From a virus, in the IMG/VR virus record IMGVR_UViG_3300032397_000006, positions 32,001-96,000 of that record: DNA of 64,000 nucleotides; one strand, written 5' to 3'. This document shows positions 7,887-18,500 of the stretch, piece by piece. The notes beneath the pieces were generated by a model. It searched no databases, had not been told where the DNA came from, and saw nothing but the letters and a program-made list of their open reading frames with translations. A program made the position numbers and the translations under genes. Every line of letters begins with the position of its first letter. Position 1 is the first letter of the stretch.

Positions 7887-9860
7887 TTAGCCGTGAGGGC
7901 AGGAACATGCCCCGAATGCGTGCGTGAGCATATCCGTTTGCTGCACCGCACGGTAACCGTGGATCACGCAGTCGCCCGCGATCGAAGCTTTTGCTACACG
8001 GTCGCGCTCGCTGTAGTCGAGCGCCACGTTTGCGGCGCGCCCGAAAGTCGGCACCTGCCGATCGTCTGCGAATCGCACCAACTTGAGATGCGAGGGGGCG
8101 ACAGAGAGCCGCGTCGAGGAACTGTGCGCGTGCTGGTTTGCGTCGAGCGCTTTGAACCAATCGTTTCCCTGACTGAGCTGAAACACCGCACCGCCGATGC
8201 CCGCCGATCCTGTCGCCGTGTGGCTGTCCTCGTCGGTGGGTAGCGTGCTTTTCGCCGCCAGCGCTTCGGTCACACCGATGATTTGTCGCTCGCGCAAGAT
8301 CTTGGCTACCGCGTCCTGCGTGACCTTGTAGCGCGACGCGGCTGCTCGCAAATTCTTACTCGTGCCCAGCGACTGCACGAGCTGCCCCATAATGGCTTGA
8401 GCCATTGCTTGCTCGTTGTACATTTGCTGCGGCGATTCTTGCGACACCACGCCGTAGCTCGTCTCGATAAAGCTCACGAGATACGGCATGAGAAACCGCT
8501 CCGGAATCGCGACGTCGGTACCGTCGTCTGCAAAGCCGTCGAGTCCCTTGCGCAGCACGTTGCGCTGCAACGCGTGGAAAAGTGATTTCCCAAGAGCACG
8601 CGCGCTTTTCTTGACCCTGAACGGATTCTGCTTTTCTTGCTCAGCTGCGTACTCGCGATCGAGGCGCTCTGCATACTCGCGCGCTTCCGCTTGCGGTTCG
8701 TACGTGTCCAGGTGTTCCTTGGCTGCGGCCTCGTGCTTCTCCGCTTCAGAATGAAAGCCGTACTTCCTGTGATCCTCTGCGACGATCAAATGCGCTTCTG
8801 CTGCGCGTTTGTGTAGCACTTTCTTGTTTTTTGCGCGCTTATTCGACGCTTCCATATCCGCAATCTCTGCGTCTGCTTTCTTAGCGCGCAGCAGACGGTG
8901 GATTTTCTCGTCGACCGCAACGGGCGCGGGAGGCGCAGAGCCCTCGATATACGCGTATTGCCAGCCTCCCTTACCGTCTGGCTTGCGCGTAATGTACTTG
9001 TGCCCAGGTCGCTCCGAATTCCAGCTCGATCCCTCCGCCTTAAACATGGAGGATTTTCCGAACGGCTTCTTTCCGCCGAACGCGGGAGGCTTCTTTTTCG
9101 GCTTGGCCTGATCGCCACCGAACGGCTTAGCCTTTGGCTTCGCGCCGAACTGCTGCGCGGGCTTTCCTGTACCGCCGTCTGCATCCTGATCGTCAGGTAC
9201 GCCGTCGTCGTCGGCATCCACGTCCTGATCGTCGGGCACGCCGTCCCCGTCCTGATCAGCATCCTGATCGTCAGGCACACCGTCCCCGTCCTGATCGGGC
9301 GCGTCCTGATCGGGCTGCTCGTCGCCGGGACCACCGCCGCCAGCCTCGAGCCCTTGCCCGCCCTGCACCGCACGCACGAGCTTGCGCACAAGCTTGTGGT
9401 ACGTGTCGAGCAGCGCCATGGAGTTATGGTGCTGCGCGCCGTGAAATCCCTTCGCGGCGTAGTAGTCGCGCTCTGCATCGGCGATTTGCTGCACGAGTGC
9501 CTGAGGGTCTTCGCTCGCGTCGCCACCTGCGTCCGCGCCGTCGTCGCCCTCCGGCAGATCCTCCCCATCGCCCTCGTCGTCGAAGCCCTCGTCGTCGCCT
9601 TCCTCGCCCGCGCCGTCGTCGAGCTCGTCACCGTCACCATCACCAGGCCCGGGCTCGCCCTCGTCGCCATCGGGCTCCTCGCCCTGATCGTCGCCCTGCC
9701 CGTCGTCGGGTGCCGTGTCAGACGCGTCCGGAGCTCCGCTGTTCGGATCCTGATCGTCGGGCACACCGTCCCCGTCCTGATCATTCTCCTCGTCAGCGCC
9801 CGCCTTTTTCTTGGCGAACGGCGGCACGGCTTTCAGCAAAAGATCGATCGCGTCTAGCAT
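7887..9860 (-). CDS. tagged head-associated protein with acidic DxDGDGVPDDQD repeats
   Basis: 657 aa; thrombospondin type-3-like Ca-binding repeats; one GHKY..PDGKGGW tag; many phi-x-K-[AS] sites; adjacent to the portal. Confidence 0.7.
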   Translation of the reverse strand: MLDAIDLLLKAVPPFAKKKAGADEENDQDGDGVPDDQDPNSGAPDASDTAPDDGQGDDQGEEPDGDEGEPGPGDGDGDELDDGAGEEGDDEGFDDEGDGEDLPEGDDGADAGGDASEDPQALVQQIADAERDYYAAKGFHGAQHHNSMALLDTYHKLVRKLVRAVQGGQGLEAGGGGPGDEQPDQDAPDQDGDGVPDDQDADQDGDGVPDDQDVDADDDGVPDDQDADGGTGKPAQQFGAKPKAKPFGGDQAKPKKKPPAFGGKKPFGKSSMFKAEGSSWNSERPGHKYITRKPDGKGGWQYAYIEGSAPPAPVAVDEKIHRLLRAKKADAEIADMEASNKRAKNKKVLHKRAAEAHLIVAEDHRKYGFHSEAEKHEAAAKEHLDTYEPQAEAREYAERLDREYAAEQEKQNPFRVKKSARALGKSLFHALQRNVLRKGLDGFADDGTDVAIPERFLMPYLVSFIETSYGVVSQESPQQMYNEQAMAQAIMGQLVQSLGTSKNLRAAASRYKVTQDAVAKILRERQIIGVTEALAAKSTLPTDEDSHTATGSAGIGGAVFQLSQGNDWFKALDANQHAHSSSTRLSVAPSHLKLVRFADDRQVPTFGRAANVALDYSERDRVAKASIAGDCVIHGYRAVQQTDMLTHAFGACSCPHG

Positions 9861-9921
9861 AGGTCTCCCCTCGGATTCTCGCCGAGAGTACCCTAGCGCC
9901 TACGCGAGCGCGAGCGTTGAC

Positions 9922-10095
9922 CTACTTCGCCGCGGACTCGCGTGCAACGCACGCACGGAATCGGACAACATCCTCGCTATCCTCGAGACTTGAATCCGCC
10001 CTGTCGTCGCTGTCGTCGCGCACGTAGTTTTTCAAGCGTTCAAGCATATCCTCGCGACTGAACGAGGCCTTTCTTGGTTTCTGATCCTCCATCAC
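9922..10095 (-). CDS. small acidic hypothetical protein
   Basis: Start overlaps the stop of the zeta-domain gene. Confidence 0.5.
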   Translation of the reverse strand: MMEDQKPRKASFSREDMLERLKNYVRDDSDDRADSSLEDSEDVVRFRACVARESAAK

Positions 10096-11387
10096 ACCCT
10101 CCGGAGCACGAGCTTTACAGCTCGCATAGACTTCATCCAACCACGGGCGCGCGCGATCAAATGTCGGCGTAATCCCGTCTGTTTGAATTTTCGCACATAG
10201 TTCGGATCAATAACAACGTCGGGCTGATTTTCTCCGCCCGCCCACACTAGGCGCGGTTTCGGGCCTGCGTTGTCAAATAGCGAGAATTCATGAGCTCTAC
10301 GCGCTATCTGCTCGAAATTCCCAGGAATGACGTGGTGCGCTTCCCGCACGAAATTGTCAGGCACGTAACGCCCGGTATTCCGCGCTCGGGAGCCCACGCG
10401 GGAGACAGCCTCAGCGAGCGGAATGTGTGGCATCACGAGGTGCACGTGGTAGCCCGCGGCTTTCAGTGCCTCGATTCGCCCAATGAATTTCTCCGTGTTT
10501 TTCCCCGTGCCGTCGAGAATCAAATTCTTGCGCTCTGCCACAGCGCGAGCTCGGACCTTTTCGCCGAGGTCGCTGGACTCCTCGTGTGCCATGGCCGCGG
10601 CATCTTTCGCCGTCACCGTCGATCCGTCCGCTGTGAGTCCGTACGCGAGAGCTCGCTGATACTCAGGTAGCTTTTCCTTACACGCGTCTGGATCGGACAC
10701 GACGAAATCATTGTGGTCGCCCACTAGCGTGGCGAGGATCGAGCCCTTGCCGACGCCGGAGCCTCCCATGGTGACGATCGCCGTGGGCGTGCGATCGAGC
10801 GGCACGGGCTTCACGTGCTTGGTAAATGAATCCACGATCGCCGCGTGGAGCGCTTTACGCTCAGGCGTGTAATCCTTGAAGCGCACCGGGCGAATACGAC
10901 CGACCTCGATTGTGTGCGCGGTTTTCGTTTCCGCAGGAAGCCCGATCGAAGTCGCGGATTCGAGCCAAGCGCGATCGCGCTTGGTTGCGTGCGTTGCGCG
11001 CTCCGCGTCTGAAAATACGTGCACCACTTCGGCCGGGCTCACGATCGGGAAACTGCTGGGCGCCTCGCGACGCTGCACCGGCTTTGTGCCCGTGTGTCCG
11101 TAGTCGTAGTTCCAGCCGCCCTTACCATCTGGCGTGCGACGAATGTATTTATGCCCGGGCCGCTCCTCGCCCTTTTCCGACTTGAGCAAATCGAGCGGGA
11201 TCACGTGCGCCTTTTGTGTCGGCTGCTGCTGCGCTTGCTGTCGAGGAAAGCGAGCTCGAAATCCGCGCTCCCTCGAGCGTCGGATGTCCGAATATTTCTT
11301 AGGCTGCGCGAGCCCTTGTGCGAGGCCTCCGCGCAGCATATCGGCGAGGCGTGCCGTCTCGCGTGGATCCTTCGGCGGTAGGCTCAC
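10092..11387 (-). CDS. tagged zeta-toxin-family P-loop kinase
   Basis: GGSGVGKG Walker A, DPDACKEKLPEY, AHEESS, NLILDGT, GRYVP, FSLFDN; one tag; GTGA-coupled start at 11387. Confidence 0.88.
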   Translation of the reverse strand: MSLPPKDPRETARLADMLRGGLAQGLAQPKKYSDIRRSRERGFRARFPRQQAQQQPTQKAHVIPLDLLKSEKGEERPGHKYIRRTPDGKGGWNYDYGHTGTKPVQRREAPSSFPIVSPAEVVHVFSDAERATHATKRDRAWLESATSIGLPAETKTAHTIEVGRIRPVRFKDYTPERKALHAAIVDSFTKHVKPVPLDRTPTAIVTMGGSGVGKGSILATLVGDHNDFVVSDPDACKEKLPEYQRALAYGLTADGSTVTAKDAAAMAHEESSDLGEKVRARAVAERKNLILDGTGKNTEKFIGRIEALKAAGYHVHLVMPHIPLAEAVSRVGSRARNTGRYVPDNFVREAHHVIPGNFEQIARRAHEFSLFDNAGPKPRLVWAGGENQPDVVIDPNYVRKFKQTGLRRHLIARARGWMKSMRAVKLVLRRV

Positions 11388-14300
11388 GTGTCCCCCCAAA
11401 TGCGCTTTCCTGCGGTCGCGCCCTGATAAATGTGCGAGGCGATTTTGCCTGCACGGTGCTGATCTTCAATGTAACTCATGGAGTCTCGATAAATCGAGTC
11501 TGCATTTATTGCGCGCGCACTGTCTGGCATGCTGTCGCCCAACGCTACGTTCGGTTTGCCCCCTGGAAATGTCACCTCAGCGAATACGAAATCCGCGTGA
11601 TCCTTGTGCGCTTCGTGGAATTTCGAGAAGTTTTTCGCGCCCTCTGCGTAGCTGTCGGCGAATACGCGTGCGTCGACCATACGCCCCGCGCCCACCGCAC
11701 GTGCGACAGCGCCTGGCCAAGCGCGCTTTGGATCCGAGTGCACAAACATGAACGTGGGCTTTATCCCACGTTTCGCGCACTCAGAAATCAACCACTCGTT
11801 CTCCGTTGCGTTCTGCTCGCCTGCCGCGTCCCAGGTAGCAGCTACTGACTTCGGCAGATCAGGACGCGCGGCAAGGCCTACGCCTTTGCCCGCCGCACAG
11901 CCGCCGCTCGTGACCAAGATCTTACGGTCTCCCGGTGCCATTTTCGCGATCTCGTCAAGGCGCGTGATAAAGGCACGCTTCGCGATCGCGTTCGCAGTCT
12001 GATGCAGCGCAGTGTTGTACAAGCTCCGCGCCTTGGCACGCTCGAGATTCATCGGCTCGCCTGGCTTATCCGGAGGCAAGTCGTCGCGCTTCCAGTCGGC
12101 GAGCAATGCCTTCGCGCCATCTGTTTCGAACACGTAATTGTTCTTTTTCGCGATCTCGCCGAAAGCCTGAGCTGTACCGTTCGGGTCGCGCTCGAATGCG
12201 TCCGCGAAACGCGTCTCGATCGCACGCTCCTCGTGCGTGAGGTTAGGCAGCTTCGGCACACCAGGCGGGGGCAGCACAGCATCGCCCGGAATGCCGACGC
12301 GTGCGGCTTTCTCGTTCGGCTTCTGCGGCGTGGCGCTCCTCGAGAGCGGCTTACGCTTGACGGCTTGGCCTTGCGCAGATCGCGCCGTGCGTGGTGGCGC
12401 GTTCGTGTAGAAATACTGCCAGCCGCCCTTACCATCTGGCTTGCGCCGCATGTACTTGTGGCCGGCGCGTTCTTGCCCCGGTACAAATGCCTTTTTCATC
12501 GCACGACGGCGCACGCAAAACGTCGTCTGCGATTCCTTCGCACCGGCTTCTACACTGCGCAGTTTCTTGTAGTAGTCCGGACGCTCGCACAGGTGATCGA
12601 GGGCGATATCCGCGGCTTTCTCGAGATCCTTTGTGTGCTCGAGCTCGACCTGCATTCCTGCCTGTAGATCGGTCGCTGTCCAGCGCGCATGCTCCCACTC
12701 CACACCGAGGCGCTTCGCAGCGCTCATAGCTGCATCGTGCGAAACACGAAGTGCTTTCGACTTCCGCGTAGTGTCAGTGGCGCAGCTCGCGCAAGGCACA
12801 ACGGGATCGCAGCCAGAGCAGCTCTTTTTCAGCCCCTTTTTCGCCTTCGCGCGAGCTCGGGCCTTACGCCCCTTTGCGCGGTGCGACCACTCGAGCGCCT
12901 TACCTTCTGGCAGCTTGCCCTCAGCTTCTGCAGCGAAAGCCCAACGGCGCTGCTTTTCGCTAAACGGGTGCTGCATCTTGCCCTTCGCGAAAGCTTCAAG
13001 CTCGTCGAGCGGATCGAGTGATTTCTTTTTCTCAGCTGCCGCCAGCTGCTTTGCTACGCCGTGCGCATAGCTTTCAGCCAGCAGAGAAGCTCCGCCAAAT
13101 TCGACATCCTTTGGTGCCACGTGCGACATCTCGCGCACAAAGTGCTCGGCCTCCGCTTTGCTCGTGAGTGCTCCGCCCGCGTTGATGGAGTATCCGCTCG
13201 GAATATGCGTGACGTGGTAAATGCCGTACTGCCCGCGCGTGATTCCGTAATCGCCGATCGCCGGCATGGACGTGACCTCAGGATCGCGGATTTCCTTACC
13301 GTCTTTATCGCGGATCGCCAAGTGCACGTCGACCGTGCGCAGCTTCTCAGGCTTGATGCCCGCGACCTTTTCAGCTGCGCGCATAGCGTCGCGGTGCTTC
13401 GCGACCTTTTCGAATGCAGATTCCATCGCCTCGTTCAGACCAGGCGCCGCTTTGCGTGAAAACACGTAGGGGTGGCTGTTCTCCCAAGACTCGCGCCGCG
13501 CCTTTGAAGCGACGTCGAGATCCTTACGCGCTTCGGAGAGCTGCTGACTGTGGGAGGCAGCCTCGCGCGCGTGCTCGTGTGGCGTATCGCCCGCGACGAC
13601 GTGTGAATAGACGTAGTGCCAGCCCCCGCGACCATCGGGCTTGCGAGTCAGGTATTTGTGCCCTGCAACCTCGTCGCCCTTCGCGGCCTTGCTGAGCTCG
13701 CCGAGATTGTCTAGCGCATCGCCACTCTTGAGAGCCAGCATTCCCCATTTTTGCGACTCGGCGAGGCCTGCGCGCATGCCTGAGAACGCACCCTCAGACA
13801 TACCTGCCCGCTCGAGAGCAGCATCTAAACGCTCGCGTGTGACCTTCGCATGCGCCTTGGCCTCAGCGTGCCGCGTCGAACCCGGAGTGTGCGCGTATTG
13901 GCTGGCGACACGCTCTGCGCTCGCGCGCTCGTGCTCGCGCGACGCTGCCACCACAGCGCGCTGTGCAAGTGGCGCCTTACGCTTCGCATGCGCGTCTGCG
14001 TAGTCGTAGCGCCAGCCGCCGTGCCCGTTCGGCTCGCGCTTGAGATACTTGTGGCTGGTTGCCTCGTCGCCCTTGGAGGCCTTGATCAAAGGCAAGAGTG
14101 CATCGATCGCGTCGGCTGATTTATACGCGAGCGAAGTCGTCTTGAGGGCAACCCTACGCACGGTGCTAGGACTCGCGCGCAAACGGGACACGGTTTGCTT
14201 GTTCCAGAAATGCTCGATCTTACGTTTCGCTTTGCGCTTGGCTTTACGCGCAGCGAGCGCGCCCTTGATCTTTGCGTAGACGTAACTCCAACCGCCCTTA

Positions 14301-15586
14301 CCGTCAGGCTTGCGCTCCGTGTACTGATGCCCTGCCTGCTCCCCGCCGCGTACAGCATCAGCCTTCGCTGCTTTAATAAACAGCACAGGTGCCGATTTCT
14401 CGACTTTTGCCGGACGCCACGCATCGGGCTTCGTGTCAGGCTTTACGCCGTCTGCATTCTTGTCGTAGGAGCTGTCTTTTATGTAGCCACGCGGCACGAC
14501 GTCGAACGTGCAGTAGATGCCCATAATACCGATCGTGCTCCCCCAATTTTCGGTTGTGATCGGCGACGCTTTGTAGACGCTGTGCCGCTCAGTAAGGATC
14601 TTTTTTCGCATCTCTTTCACAGCACCCCACAGAGCATCTTTCTCGCCCTTGTTCGCGTAGGTGCTGTGGAACTTGATCGTCGCCTTAGCAGTCGGGCGAA
14701 ATGTCTTCGGGTGCGTTTCGCGTATCACGCTAACGGTCCCTTTTTCGCCGAACGTCTTCGGTCCTTTCTCGATATCAGAGAGCAGCTTGTCTATTTCCGG
14801 TGGCGGCAGCTCGCCCTCTTTTTTAGAGGCCGCATGCTCCGCGCTACCCTCTGCGGGATATTCATAATCCCAGCCGCCCTTACCGTCTGGCTTGCGCGTA
14901 AGGTATTTGTGCCCCGGGCGCTCCTCGCCCTTGGCTAGAGATTTCTCGTATTTGAATTCCGCGGTCTCCCGCTCGTATTTCGGCACTTGATAAGGATCTA
15001 CGTGTTTCCACCGCCCCTCGTGCCATACGGGCTCGAGATTCTTTTTCTTGCGCGCAGCTGGTAAAGGCGCCGTAAATAGCGGCGTAGCCGGCTTGTGCTC
15101 ATCGATTCGCGCTTCGGAATAGCCGCCAGGCAAGCGCCGCGTGCGCACATACGAAGGGTAATTGCCGAGACTGCGCGGCATGTCGAAATCAACGTTGTCG
15201 GAAGTCGCGCCGTCTCCCTCCAATAGGTGCCCGAAAACCTTAATCTCTTTCGAGTGCCAGCTCCCGCCCGCCGTGGCCAGGTACACCTTACCGTTATGCG
15301 GCAGCAGAAAAGGCGCGCTGTGCCCCTCGGTCGCGGCTTGCTCGATCGCTTGCTTGAGCACGCTCGGATCAAAGGCGCCCACTTGTTTCTTGTGATCGGC
15401 GGGAGGCTTGTAGCTGTATTTCCATCCGCCTTTACCATCTGGCGAGCGCAGCAGATATTTGTGCCCCTCGACCTCTACGCCCTTCGCCGCTTTCTCGAGT
15501 AGCGCTAGGGGATCGAGCTCAGGCTGAGCTCTCACAAGGCTCAAGCCGATTGCGTGCTTTCGAAGTGCTGAGATCGCATCAGTCAT
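11384..15586 (-). CDS. tagged multi-module (polyvalent) protein: six tags, DUF5661-like domain, C-terminal zeta-like kinase
   Basis: ATGA-coupled start 15586; GMQVELEH...ALDHL.ERPDYY (DUF5661-like); VTSGGCAAGKG P-loop and GRMV motif. Confidence 0.85.
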   Translation of the reverse strand: MTDAISALRKHAIGLSLVRAQPELDPLALLEKAAKGVEVEGHKYLLRSPDGKGGWKYSYKPPADHKKQVGAFDPSVLKQAIEQAATEGHSAPFLLPHNGKVYLATAGGSWHSKEIKVFGHLLEGDGATSDNVDFDMPRSLGNYPSYVRTRRLPGGYSEARIDEHKPATPLFTAPLPAARKKKNLEPVWHEGRWKHVDPYQVPKYERETAEFKYEKSLAKGEERPGHKYLTRKPDGKGGWDYEYPAEGSAEHAASKKEGELPPPEIDKLLSDIEKGPKTFGEKGTVSVIRETHPKTFRPTAKATIKFHSTYANKGEKDALWGAVKEMRKKILTERHSVYKASPITTENWGSTIGIMGIYCTFDVVPRGYIKDSSYDKNADGVKPDTKPDAWRPAKVEKSAPVLFIKAAKADAVRGGEQAGHQYTERKPDGKGGWSYVYAKIKGALAARKAKRKAKRKIEHFWNKQTVSRLRASPSTVRRVALKTTSLAYKSADAIDALLPLIKASKGDEATSHKYLKREPNGHGGWRYDYADAHAKRKAPLAQRAVVAASREHERASAERVASQYAHTPGSTRHAEAKAHAKVTRERLDAALERAGMSEGAFSGMRAGLAESQKWGMLALKSGDALDNLGELSKAAKGDEVAGHKYLTRKPDGRGGWHYVYSHVVAGDTPHEHAREAASHSQQLSEARKDLDVASKARRESWENSHPYVFSRKAAPGLNEAMESAFEKVAKHRDAMRAAEKVAGIKPEKLRTVDVHLAIRDKDGKEIRDPEVTSMPAIGDYGITRGQYGIYHVTHIPSGYSINAGGALTSKAEAEHFVREMSHVAPKDVEFGGASLLAESYAHGVAKQLAAAEKKKSLDPLDELEAFAKGKMQHPFSEKQRRWAFAAEAEGKLPEGKALEWSHRAKGRKARARAKAKKGLKKSCSGCDPVVPCASCATDTTRKSKALRVSHDAAMSAAKRLGVEWEHARWTATDLQAGMQVELEHTKDLEKAADIALDHLCERPDYYKKLRSVEAGAKESQTTFCVRRRAMKKAFVPGQERAGHKYMRRKPDGKGGWQYFYTNAPPRTARSAQGQAVKRKPLSRSATPQKPNEKAARVGIPGDAVLPPPGVPKLPNLTHEERAIETRFADAFERDPNGTAQAFGEIAKKNNYVFETDGAKALLADWKRDDLPPDKPGEPMNLERAKARSLYNTALHQTANAIAKRAFITRLDEIAKMAPGDRKILVTSGGCAAGKGVGLAARPDLPKSVAATWDAAGEQNATENEWLISECAKRGIKPTFMFVHSDPKRAWPGAVARAVGAGRMVDARVFADSYAEGAKNFSKFHEAHKDHADFVFAEVTFPGGKPNVALGDSMPDSARAINADSIYRDSMSYIEDQHRAGKIASHIYQGATAGKRIWGDT

Positions 15587-18500
15587 CGCTTCCCCGTTTC
15601 CACAGCGTCCCGGATCGTAGCCCATTCTCGCACGTTGAAGCGTATCGAAGGCTTCTGCGGCGCCGCCCCATGGAAAGCGTATTTACCACTGTTCCGGCGT
15701 GCGAGGGCCTTCCTTCGGCGCCTGGAGGCCTTCACTTCCTTTTCGGTCTGCACGGTCCCGTAGATGCCCTCGAAATCGGGGGACTCCTGCGAAGGGCTGT
15801 AGCGCTGCACGACGTAGGATTTCACGAGAGCTCCGTGGTTGCTCGGGTCGGTCACGAACGCGGCGAAATCTTCGAACGCGACCGCGCGCACTTGCCCCAA
15901 GAATCGAGGATCGTCGTAGTGCGCTTGGTAAGCCTGCACCGCGGCACCGAGATTCGAAAACCCGAGCATGCACTTCTGTTCGTCTACGTGCACGAAGTCG
16001 GGCGACTTGAGCTGATCGATCACGAACACGTAAGGCGCCATCTTGTCGGGCCCGACGTAGACGTCCACGTGATCGCCATCCGTGCCTTGCGTGCGCCGCA
16101 CATAGCCGTAGTCGTGCACCATCTTTGTTTTGCCTGCGCGCTTCGCGTGTGCGTCGTACCAGTGCCGGTAAGATCCTGCCTGGTTTTCGACGCTCACCTT
16201 TAGCCCGCGGAAATCCCGACGCCTGTGCAGCTTGCGCGACTTCTCGAGCGGAGCTTTCAAGCTGTCGATCACTTCTGTAATCGCATCGTCGCTGTCCTCA
16301 ATATGCGCGCCGAAACGCGCGAAAGCCTGCCTGATCGCAGGTTCAATCATGCGCCGCCCCCCGGGCTCGCTCGCGAGCTCTGCGTACTCCTCTCGATATT
16401 CAGCCAGCGCATTGATCGCGTGCGACACTGCTTGCTTTCTGCCCTCAGGCGAAGCAATAGGCTGCAGCTCGTAGGAGCGTTGATCCTCTTTTGATAGAGG
16501 CGCGTCGTAGGTCACGGTGCCGTGCCGAAAAGCAGGATGCTTTCCAATCGAGGAAAATCCTTTAGGCGCTGTGAACGTACCGATCGGCCTATTCTGCATA
16601 CCGTACACGTAGTGCCAGCCTCCCTTACCATCAGGGTGACGCTCCGCGTAAAGGTGCCCCGCTTGCTCCTCGCCCTTTGCCGCTTTACGCAACACGAGCA
16701 GCGCCTTCAATACAGCATCCTGAAACGCGTGGCGCTTATCCCAATCGAAATCGAGCGCGAATTTCGACGGTCTGCCGGGTGTCTCGACGCGCGTATAGAA
16801 ATCCTCAGCTGCGGGCTTATATTCGTAGCCCTTGCCTTTATGGTGCTCGCCCGCGTGTCCGCCCGTCGTGAAATGCATCTCATGCGCTCCGCGGTGCGAA
16901 TGAATTACTGAGTCTTGATTAAACTGCTTTCCGAGCGCGCGCATAACACCAAACTCGCTAGGCGAATCGTGGTGCACCATGAAGGCATTACTTTTCTGCG
17001 GCTTCGCGCTCTCGTGATGCACGATAAAGCTCGCCTCACGCGAACCATAATGCCCCTCGACCTCGGTATAGCGGAGCTTGCGCTTTTTCAGCTCGCCTCG
17101 CAGGCGTTCGTGTCGCGCTTTGAATTCCGCGTGATCCTCAGACATGTCCTTTTCGCGCGCGTCGTTTCCGTTGCGACCTGCGCTGATAATCGAATAGGTG
17201 CCGTGCTCGAGCAGATCGTCCAGCTGCGGACGCGTGAGACGCACCTCGCCCGCGGGTTTGCGTGGAGGTCTGTCGCTCGGGTGCCCGGGCAGATCATAGC
17301 CGTAGCGCCAGCCTCCCTTACCGTCTGGCGTGCGGCGCACGTACTTGTGCCCCGGACGCTCGCCTTCGCTGCCCTCGCGCGCTTTACGGATCGCTTCGCC
17401 CCACGGAATGATATGCATACTTTTCTCCGTACCCTCTGCGCGGGCTTTGACGGCTGCGTAAGTGTCAGGGTGCACCGCAGGCGCATCGCCATCGTCGCGC
17501 GTCGCGTTGCCCTTCATGTCCACGCCCAGCCACATTCGCCAGTGTCGATCAAGCTGCCCGATCGAGGAAATCACTCCGGGCTTAGCGAGCAGTTCCTTTG
17601 CCATCTTTTCGCGCTCGGCCTTCGGCAGCTTGCTCGCGTGATACTGCTCGACCTCGAGTTTCTGTTGCTGCTCTGCGGCAACCTTGTCCTGCGCTGCGCG
17701 CTTCGCTTGCGCCGCTTCGCGTTCGGCCTGCGCGGCTGCCTCGCGTGCTGGAGCGCCCGCTTCCCACTCCGCTTGCTTTTGCTTCTCTGCAGCCTTCGCG
17801 GATTTCTTTTCAGCCTCTCGCCGCGCTTCGCGTTCGGCCTCGACCTTCTCTGTCTCGTGCGGCAACGAAATACGATGGCGCTTGAAAGCATCCGGATCCG
17901 GATCGCCGAGCTCCCCTTGTGCTTCCTGAATCGCTGCTGCGGGGACCTGCAAATCATCGCGTGCCATCACGAGCGTTTCTTCTTCGCCCTCGTACGCACC
18001 TAGATCAGCCTCGTGCTCCGCGTGAAACAAGACGGCTTCAACAGGCACGTCGAGCGTGACCACGGCGCCGCGCGTTGCGTACTGCGTGCCGAAGTCGTGC
18101 GCGCTTTCGTGGTCGCTGGTCCAGCTCGACAAGCTGCGCACTGCAACGGGAACGGTGCCGCCCTGCGCTTGCTTCGCTTGCTCGACAAGGGCCTTACCCT
18201 GGTCGTGCGCAATGCCGCGATGAATGCGCACTGTGCGCTCGCCCTTGGCAGCGAATAGCGCCTGCGTCGCTGCGTACTGCCTGATCGCCATCGCTTCGCA
18301 GTCGTCGATTTCCTTTTTCGAGATACGGGACGCACGCGTAACCGCTTCTGCAAACGTACGCTTTTCGTCTGCGCTTGCGCGACCTCGAGCGATCTTGCCG
18401 ATCAACGCGAGTTGTGGCGTGGTTTTCGTCATCCATTCATTTCGCCAAGCGTTACGCACGTGTGACTCGTCGGAATGATCGGCGAAAGCATCATCCGTGT

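Noticed and set aside
8786-9862. Long alternative-frame and plus-strand ORFs (e.g. 8898-9857, 16915-18003, 21264-22229)
   Set aside because: Shadow ORFs of GC-rich minus-strand genes; no motifs.
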